DNA from: Candidatus Versatilivorator sp.
GTDB taxonomy: Bacteria; Acidobacteriota; Terriglobia; Versatilivoradales; Versatilivoraceae
Reading direction: 5' to 3'
DNA: 64,000 nt
NCBI GenBank assembly: GCA_965207735.1
Contig: OZ242296.1
Location: 2,720,001-2,784,000 of the forward strand
Shown here: positions 58,270 to 64,000 of the stretch, one piece after another
Numbering within the stretch: position 1 is the first letter of the stretch
Layout of the letters: each line of letters begins with the position of its first letter
Notes under the pieces: generated by a model
The model's input: the letters and a program-made list of their open reading frames with translations, nothing else
Told to the model about the DNA's origin: nothing
Database searches by the model: none
Translations under genes and position numbers: made by a program

Positions 58270-59756
58270 GAGCCTTTTGCAAAATTCGGAATCGGGCATG
58301 ACATTGGGCTGGCAACAGTGATGTTCCGGCGGTGACTACCCAGCTGCAAAGACCCTTTTGAAGGAAAAAGCCCGAATCTGATGGCCGGATGGCCAGCGGT
58401 CGCCGGACGCAGGCACAGCTTACCCTCTCCCGGCCTTGAGGCGGGCGAACCTGCTGTGCGGTTGGGGGTGGCAACCCGGTCTTCAGAGCGTCAGGCGCAT
58501 CAACTGATCCACCGTCAGGGCCAGAATGCCGAACATCAGGTGGCACCTCACCTTGTCGGGGCCGCGAACCCTCACCTGCCTCCCGCCAAACTCCTCCTTG
58601 AGCCGTCCGTTGACCCGCTCCACCGTCGAGCGTTCCCGGTAGCGCCGCGCCTCGGGAGTCACTTGGCCGATACAGCGCCGGGCCAGTGCCTCCCGCTTCC
58701 GCTCGGCTTTCAAGGTAGCTCTTCGGCGGGGGTTGACGTCAATAATCGGCACATGCCCCAGCTTCTCACTGAAGGCCCGGATCTCCGGCGCATCGTAGGC
58801 GCTGTCCATCAAGTCGTAGAGACTCTCGACCCGCCTTGCCGTCAGCGTCGCCAGCGGAATGGCTGCCTGAGAGTCATGCACCGAGGCCGAGGTCAGCAGA
58901 CAACTGACCGGAATCCCGCCGTCAATGGCGTCGAGGTGTAGCTTGTAGCCGGTCCAGCTCTCCTGATGCCCCTTGGCGTTGCGCTTGACGCCGATGTCGC
59001 AGGCCTTGGGCAACTCCTTCAACATTTCCTCCAGCGTCATCGACCCCTGCCGCTCCAGCCGGCTCAACCGCTTGGGCCGTCGCTCGCCCTTCGGCGGCCG
59101 GCCCCGCCGGCGTTTCCGCTTGGCCTCCGGCGCAGCCTTGGCCGCTGGCTTTTCCCGTCCCGCAATCGCCGTCGAGTCCCTCGACACATGCCCCGCCAAG
59201 TGGCCCTTCAGCGTCTCCTCCAGCAATGCCTCGTGCAAACGCCCCGGCAGGTCGCTCTCAGCGAATTCCGCAAAGGCCCGCGAGAAGGTCGACTCGCTCG
59301 GTACCTCCCACGCCCTCTCCCAGCCGCACAGCCGCCGCAGCCTCCCCTCACTCCTCAGCCGCTCCACCAATCCCCGCGTGGTCGCCACCTCCAGCATCGA
59401 CTTCGCCAGATAGGCTCGCGCCAGCACTGCCCGATCCTCCAGCGGCCGGCCACGCCAGCCCCGACTGTAAGGCAGCAACTCCTCCACCCGCACCAACTCC
59501 AATACCTGCACCAGCCGCTGGTAACGCTCTCCCAGAGGCCCCAAAACTTCCTCCAGCAGGGGAAACAGCTCTCGTTGAAACCGGAACCAGTGTCGTGATA
59601 GGGTTTCCCTAAGGGGCAAGTTCCACCTCCGTTCATCATGTGGTTCAGACACCTTCATGATACAACAGACAGTGGTCTTGCCCCTCCTTCCACCTGCCCT
59701 CCTTGATCTTTCCCCACGTGAAAATTCCCGCTATCTGCGAATTTTGCAAAAGGCTC
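58270..59756 (-). mobile_element. Insertion sequence (IS5/IS1182-like DDE)
   Basis: Perfect 19-bp IRs GAGCCTTTTGCAAAATTCG / CGAATTTTGCAAAAGGCTC; 4-bp TSD TAGT (58266-58269, 59757-59760). Family assignment less certain. Confidence 0.88.
58483..59658 (-). CDS. DDE transposase (DUF772-like N-terminus plus DDE_Tnp_1-like core)
   Basis: PSESTFSRAF, DSTAI, GYKLHL, SASVHDS, MDSAYD, YRERSTVERVNGRLK. Confidence 0.9.
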   Translation of the reverse strand: MKVSEPHDERRWNLPLRETLSRHWFRFQRELFPLLEEVLGPLGERYQRLVQVLELVRVEELLPYSRGWRGRPLEDRAVLARAYLAKSMLEVATTRGLVERLRSEGRLRRLCGWERAWEVPSESTFSRAFAEFAESDLPGRLHEALLEETLKGHLAGHVSRDSTAIAGREKPAAKAAPEAKRKRRRGRPPKGERRPKRLSRLERQGSMTLEEMLKELPKACDIGVKRNAKGHQESWTGYKLHLDAIDGGIPVSCLLTSASVHDSQAAIPLATLTARRVESLYDLMDSAYDAPEIRAFSEKLGHVPIIDVNPRRRATLKAERKREALARRCIGQVTPEARRYRERSTVERVNGRLKEEFGGRQVRVRGPDKVRCHLMFGILALTVDQLMRLTL

Positions 59757-60292
59757 TAGTGATAATGCGTTCCTTCTCGGGCAACAAGCCGATCAGAGCA
59801 TTGAGGAGAGTCGTTTTTCCGCTCCCGGTCCCTCCTGAAACAAGGATGTTCTGACGCGCCCGCAGCGTGTTCGCGGCTTCATACAGAATCTCTTTAGCCA
59901 ATACCCCCTGGCGTATCAGATCGTCCGTCGAGAAAGACCGCCCCCCAAAACGCCTTACTGTGATCGCTACAATCGGACTGGCTGGAGGCATGCAGATCGC
60001 CACCCGGGAACCATCGTCCAGGCGGGCATCCACCAGGGGCGAGAGAGCAGGGTCCAGACCAAGGGGACGAGCAATATGGATGGCGGCCCGCCCCAAGGCT
60101 TTGGAATCGAGGTCCGGTGCCGGCCAAGGATCCACTTTCCCATCCTTCTCGATCCAGACGTTGCCCGGCCCGTTAATCATTATTTCGCTGACCTGCTGAT
60201 CCTCAAGCACCTTCTCCAGTCCCGGCAACAGAGGCTTGAGCATTTCGATTCCACTGGCGTTCATGGTGTTACATCCCTTGTTTGTTCCGTTG

Positions 60293-60952
60293 TCATTCCG
60301 ATATCAGAGCCCGGTCCGCCTGCAGGTATGTGATGACGATGCCCATCGGGTTGTAAACCATCAAATCAGGGGGGATTCGGCTGATATGGGAAAATTGCAG
60401 GGAAAGAGACCACTTTTCTCGCCCCACTTCCTTTTCCTGCCGGATGCGCACCATTTCAAAGTCGGCAGTCGCTCCATGGGGCGGCGACCGATTGGCATGG
60501 ATACGCAGTACGATGTTCTCGACTTTGGTCTCTTCCGGAGCCGCCCGAGCCGCCACTAGCGCAATATTCCTGTTTTCGTCCTGGAATGCGGCATTGGCCA
60601 GGTCGGTGGTCAGAAAGCGCAGGCTGCGGGTCCAGCGTTGCTGTACCGTGGCGGCCCGGCGGGAGTAGTGGTCGTGGATGAAGCGATTCAAGAAGTACTT
60701 GGTGGTAGGATCGAGAGGGTCGGATTTGGCCTCGACTGCCTTGTATTGCAGAGCTTCGGCCCGGCCAACCTCGTCCACGCGCACCACGATAGGGCGGGGC
60801 ATCTCCCGAAAACCCAGGCGCACCACTACCACCGCCAGCAACAGGGTGAGTCCGCCAAGCCCCAAGGAGAGAAGGCGCAGGTGACGATTGGAGCTCACGG
60901 TTTCGCCCCAGATTTCAGCGTATTCACGGTCCGTGTCTTTGGAGGGCATCAT
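60293..60952 (-). CDS. VirB8/TrbF-like type IV secretion protein
   Basis: Single N-terminal TM, PIVVRVDEVG, C-terminal NPMGIVIT motif; T4SS context. Confidence 0.85.
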   Translation of the reverse strand: MMPSKDTDREYAEIWGETVSSNRHLRLLSLGLGGLTLLLAVVVVRLGFREMPRPIVVRVDEVGRAEALQYKAVEAKSDPLDPTTKYFLNRFIHDHYSRRAATVQQRWTRSLRFLTTDLANAAFQDENRNIALVAARAAPEETKVENIVLRIHANRSPPHGATADFEMVRIRQEKEVGREKWSLSLQFSHISRIPPDLMVYNPMGIVITYLQADRALISE

Positions 60953-61941
60953 CGCCTGGAAACAGCTCTCGATTGACTCCTGGCAGCTTTACCGGCCCGA
61001 TGGACGGTCGCGGAAAAACTCCCGGATCCAGTGAAGCCAGTTCCTGAAATCAGTAGCGAAGCCATCTCTCCCACTTTGCAGGCCGCCAGGATTCCGGCGG
61101 CGCAAAGAGGGAGGAGAATCAGCGACCAGTAAACGACCGCGGCAAAGTTGTCCAGGGGCGGTGAATGGCTGAAAGTCGTGACATAGCCTAGACCAACGCC
61201 GCCCCATATTCGAAGGATGGCTCCCGCGATTGCAGCGTATAGAGAATAGGTGAGCACCGTCCGAAACCACCCCCAGAACAGGAATGCCATTGGTTCGAAT
61301 ACCAGCCAGGGGATGAATATGGGGCCGAGCAGAATAGAGATGGACACGGCCAAGTGCCCCCAGAGAACTTGTGCATAGGTGATGAAGAACAGGGCCATCA
61401 GGAGTAGGCCGAAAAAGACGAATGCTACCGATGGAATTGCCTGTGTGACTGCGGCATATGCCGTGGAGGGTGACAGATCGTTGAAATCGATCTGCTGCCA
61501 TGCCGCCAGAATAGCGCTACCCTGCTGGGTGAACAGGTAGTTGAGTTCAGTGTGCATCCCGGAGACGATGTCGGAGACAAACATGTTCTGCAGCCAGATC
61601 CCTTGTTCCACCACGATCTGAGGAAAAGTAGAGGTGGTGTGAGGCAGAGTCTGAGTGTAGTAGTGGAGCATGGTCTTGGGAATACTCAGAACGATGACGA
61701 GCTTCACGATCTCCCAGGGATTGAAGGTGCCGCTGAAGGCTGCCTGCAATCCGGCCCAGCTCACCGCAATGGTGGCAATTGCCAACCACAATTCGTCGCC
61801 CGCCTGGATAATGCTGGGCGAAGCCGCACCCACAGCGTCATCCAACACCCTGTCGAGGAATACCTTGAAATTCTGTTGCTGTTCCTCGGGGATAATCGCC
61901 GGAACATTGGGGTCGATCGATTGTGGCGGACGGAGCTGCAT
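60949..61941 (-). CDS. VirB6/TrbL-like polytopic membrane protein
   Basis: Multiple TMs, LLGPIFIPWLVF...FWGWF motif; between VirB5-like and VirB8-like genes. Confidence 0.85.
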   Translation of the reverse strand: MQLRPPQSIDPNVPAIIPEEQQQNFKVFLDRVLDDAVGAASPSIIQAGDELWLAIATIAVSWAGLQAAFSGTFNPWEIVKLVIVLSIPKTMLHYYTQTLPHTTSTFPQIVVEQGIWLQNMFVSDIVSGMHTELNYLFTQQGSAILAAWQQIDFNDLSPSTAYAAVTQAIPSVAFVFFGLLLMALFFITYAQVLWGHLAVSISILLGPIFIPWLVFEPMAFLFWGWFRTVLTYSLYAAIAGAILRIWGGVGLGYVTTFSHSPPLDNFAAVVYWSLILLPLCAAGILAACKVGEMASLLISGTGFTGSGSFSATVHRAGKAARSQSRAVSRR

Positions 61942-61953
61942 AGGATCGAGTCC

Positions 61954-62862
61954 TTACTGTGAACCGCCAAAGGCGGAAGGAATCCGGTAGACCAAGCCTT
62001 CCCGCAGTACCTCGGCGCTGGCGGCAATGTCCGCCTGCTGCTTTTCGAAGAGAGCCTTCCCTGCCTCCTGACGCCGCTGCCACTGCTTCCATTGCTGACG
62101 CCGCGTGAGTTCGTCCTGGTAATCTCGAGCGGCTTCCCGGGCAGCCTGAAAGGCCATCAACTGCGCCATGGAGGATAGAAGCTCGCCTTGGGTCGCTAGA
62201 CCTGTCACCTGGGCCTGAGCCAGGGCGGTGTCCGAGACATTGGTGTTGGACCGCAGTTTCCGGAGAGACTCTTGCGCGCTGGTGGTGGTTTCGATCAAGG
62301 CCGTTGCCGAGTCGTCAACCAGGTAGGTGGTCACGCGCTGCTTGTCGGCTTTTTCCTGTTCCTGGCGGTATTGATCCGAAACCTGGGCCGCCACTTGGGG
62401 ATCCAGATGGCTCAATAGCTCAACGATGTCTTCCTGGTTGGTTTGATATTGATTCAGGATCCTCCTCCAGCTTTCCCTCAACGGTTTGCCGGAGGACAGC
62501 TTTTTGGCAGCGGCAACCAACTCTCTGGCCGACCCGGTGAATTCCGTCTGCCACTGCATCGCCTCGACCACCAGGTCAGTGGGACCCGCAACCAGCTCTG
62601 CGAAAGACTCCTCGAGAGCTCCGATCCGTCCCAATGCAGCCTCCTTCATGTGGGTGATCTGTTCCTTCGTCTTGGTGAGTTGTTCGGTGAAGTGCTTGAT
62701 TTGGGTGACTTGGTTGACGATTTGCATTCTCTCGTTCAGTCTTTGAAGGATCTGGTTGGCGATCATCTGGGCTCGTTGGGCGGCCGCAACGGGGTCAATA
62801 CTGTAGAGGGGGGCGGCGCAGAGGCTGACGAGCAGCACCAGGGATACGATTGTCTTTTTCAT
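61954..62862 (-). CDS. VirB5/TrbJ-like secreted coiled-coil protein
   Basis: AGGAAGAG RBS-like sequence, signal peptide MKKTIVSLVLLVSLCAAPLYS, IDP...QMIANQILQ...QIVNQVTQI glutamine-rich helices. Confidence 0.7.
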   Translation of the reverse strand: MKKTIVSLVLLVSLCAAPLYSIDPVAAAQRAQMIANQILQRLNERMQIVNQVTQIKHFTEQLTKTKEQITHMKEAALGRIGALEESFAELVAGPTDLVVEAMQWQTEFTGSARELVAAAKKLSSGKPLRESWRRILNQYQTNQEDIVELLSHLDPQVAAQVSDQYRQEQEKADKQRVTTYLVDDSATALIETTTSAQESLRKLRSNTNVSDTALAQAQVTGLATQGELLSSMAQLMAFQAAREAARDYQDELTRRQQWKQWQRRQEAGKALFEKQQADIAASAEVLREGLVYRIPSAFGGSQ

Positions 62863-64000
62863 GGCTGTTCTCTTCCTTTCCTGGGTTTGATTTGGGCACC
62901 AGCACATCGGAAGCAAACCAGATTCGCAACCGATGACCGGCCCGGATGGTAATGGTGGGTAGACGATTGAGAAAGCGCCGCAGTATTTGGGTTGCGGCCA
63001 AGCCAAACCCCTGGCCTGCCCCGGCTCGAAATCCCTGGATCCCCCCGCCGTAGGAATTGCTTCCCTGCAAGGAGAGTCCTGACAACACACCTACGGCTCC
63101 GGCGGCTGCAAACATCGATACAAAGTGACGGTCGACCTGGTCCTTGAGAGCCGACTCGCCCACTTGGTTGAGTCCCCGGAATTCAAGCGAAATCCATCGC
63201 CCGTCGGGGAGAAACAATCGGTCGAAGGTCACGGCCAGCCGTTGCTGATCAGCGTGAGCGACCTCCCGGGCCGTGCCGACGGCCCGCGCTCCCCGCGGCA
63301 CCAGGACACGCTGGCGATCTTGAGAGTAGAACGGCACCGATACCATGGCCAGCACCGGTCCGGGGAAGTCTCCCGAGAGTTGGGTCAACAAGACACCCTC
63401 CAGGAAGGACCCCTGGTAAATCCGCTCCCAACCCGGCGGGTCCGAGGGCCGGAATAACTTGGAAGGGCGCGTTGGGTCCGCGAAGGACCCTTGGGTAACT
63501 GCCGCGGAAGGATCCGGGAGCGCAGACCTGGCAGGGGCGCCGGGCAGCCCATTCGAACTGGCGCTGAAAGAGTTCAGGGCGGCACTGAGGTCAGCCACGA
63601 CATCCCGCAGTTCCGATTCCTCGGTGGAGGGAACCGTTGAGATTTGCGCTGGCCGGATTGCAACCGAACCGGCCGCCGGCGTGGAAAATTTTCCCTCCGT
63701 ATCCCGCGCGGATCGGTGGGTTTGAGCTAACGGCCGGGAACGAAGGGATCTGGTTTGTCTCTCGATGTCCTCCAGCCGTAGCGTCTCTCGCAGCTTGAGC
63801 TCGTCCTCACTCGCACCCGGATCCGAGTTGACAAGCGTCTCTGCGGCTACCCGGAGAACCGGGATCATCGCGGCCTGATTCAGTTCATCGGTGGTTGCGG
63901 GCGCTGGCGTTTGTCGTTGCGGTCTGTCCACTGCCGCGGCGGCAAGCCGCTGCTCCTGCCTTTCGGTTTCCCTGTCGATAAGAGCACTAAGGTGTCGTTG
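62795..64000 (-). CDS. VirB10/TrbI-like core-complex protein (5' end beyond window)
   Basis: IYQGSFLEGVL...LSGDFPGPV...VLVPRGARAVG...RLFLPDG...LKDQVDRHF...PTITIRAGHR. Frame is open to the window edge. Confidence 0.9.
   Translation of the reverse strand, partial: QRHLSALIDRETERQEQRLAAAAVDRPQRQTPAPATTDELNQAAMIPVLRVAAETLVNSDPGASEDELKLRETLRLEDIERQTRSLRSRPLAQTHRSARDTEGKFSTPAAGSVAIRPAQISTVPSTEESELRDVVADLSAALNSFSASSNGLPGAPARSALPDPSAAVTQGSFADPTRPSKLFRPSDPPGWERIYQGSFLEGVLLTQLSGDFPGPVLAMVSVPFYSQDRQRVLVPRGARAVGTAREVAHADQQRLAVTFDRLFLPDGRWISLEFRGLNQVGESALKDQVDRHFVSMFAAAGAVGVLSGLSLQGSNSYGGGIQGFRAGAGQGFGLAATQILRRFLNRLPTITIRAGHRLRIWFASDVLVPKSNPGKEENSHEKDNRIPGAARQPLRRPPLQY

Larger units (their letters stand above)
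57799..60264 (-). pseudogene. virB11: VirB11/TrbB/CpaF-family secretion ATPase interrupted by an IS
   Basis: 5' part SEIMING...DARLDDGSR...SGGTGSGKTT...ERIIT; 3' part IEDVLEL...[18 protein letters not shown]...[15 protein letters not shown]. Rejoining gives ERIITIED, 324 aa. Confidence 0.9.

Overview
High-GC bacterial chromosome segment. Gene content (Oar-type TonB receptor, DUF1501/DUF1549-1553 cluster, ankyrin proteins, Trb/VirB-like genes) fits an Acidobacteriota-like, possibly host-associated organism; this is inference. 0.6-8.2 kb is housekeeping: TPR protein, yvcK, an N-terminal-only glmU, glmS, an AAA+/VWA pair and tRNA-Ser(GCT). An accessory region follows the tRNA (8.2-25.4 kb). It holds ankyrin proteins, two ~265-bp inverted-repeat elements, a higBA locus broken by an IS1634-family element with a 77-bp target duplication, an IS1380 inserted in a modular repeat family, a subtilase followed by a stand-alone propeptide-like protein, a TonB receptor and a Fic protein. 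25.6-46.3 kb carries an aminotransferase, the DUF1501 cluster, transporters and catabolic enzymes, vapBC and an ABC-F. 46.4-64 kb carries a ~10.9-kb autotransporter adhesin gene with 11 near-identical 327-bp repeats and one in-frame amber stop. It lies next to a type IV secretion cluster (virB10/B5/B6/B8/B11) whose virB11 is IS-disrupted. All calls come from reading motifs by eye; no database searches were run.
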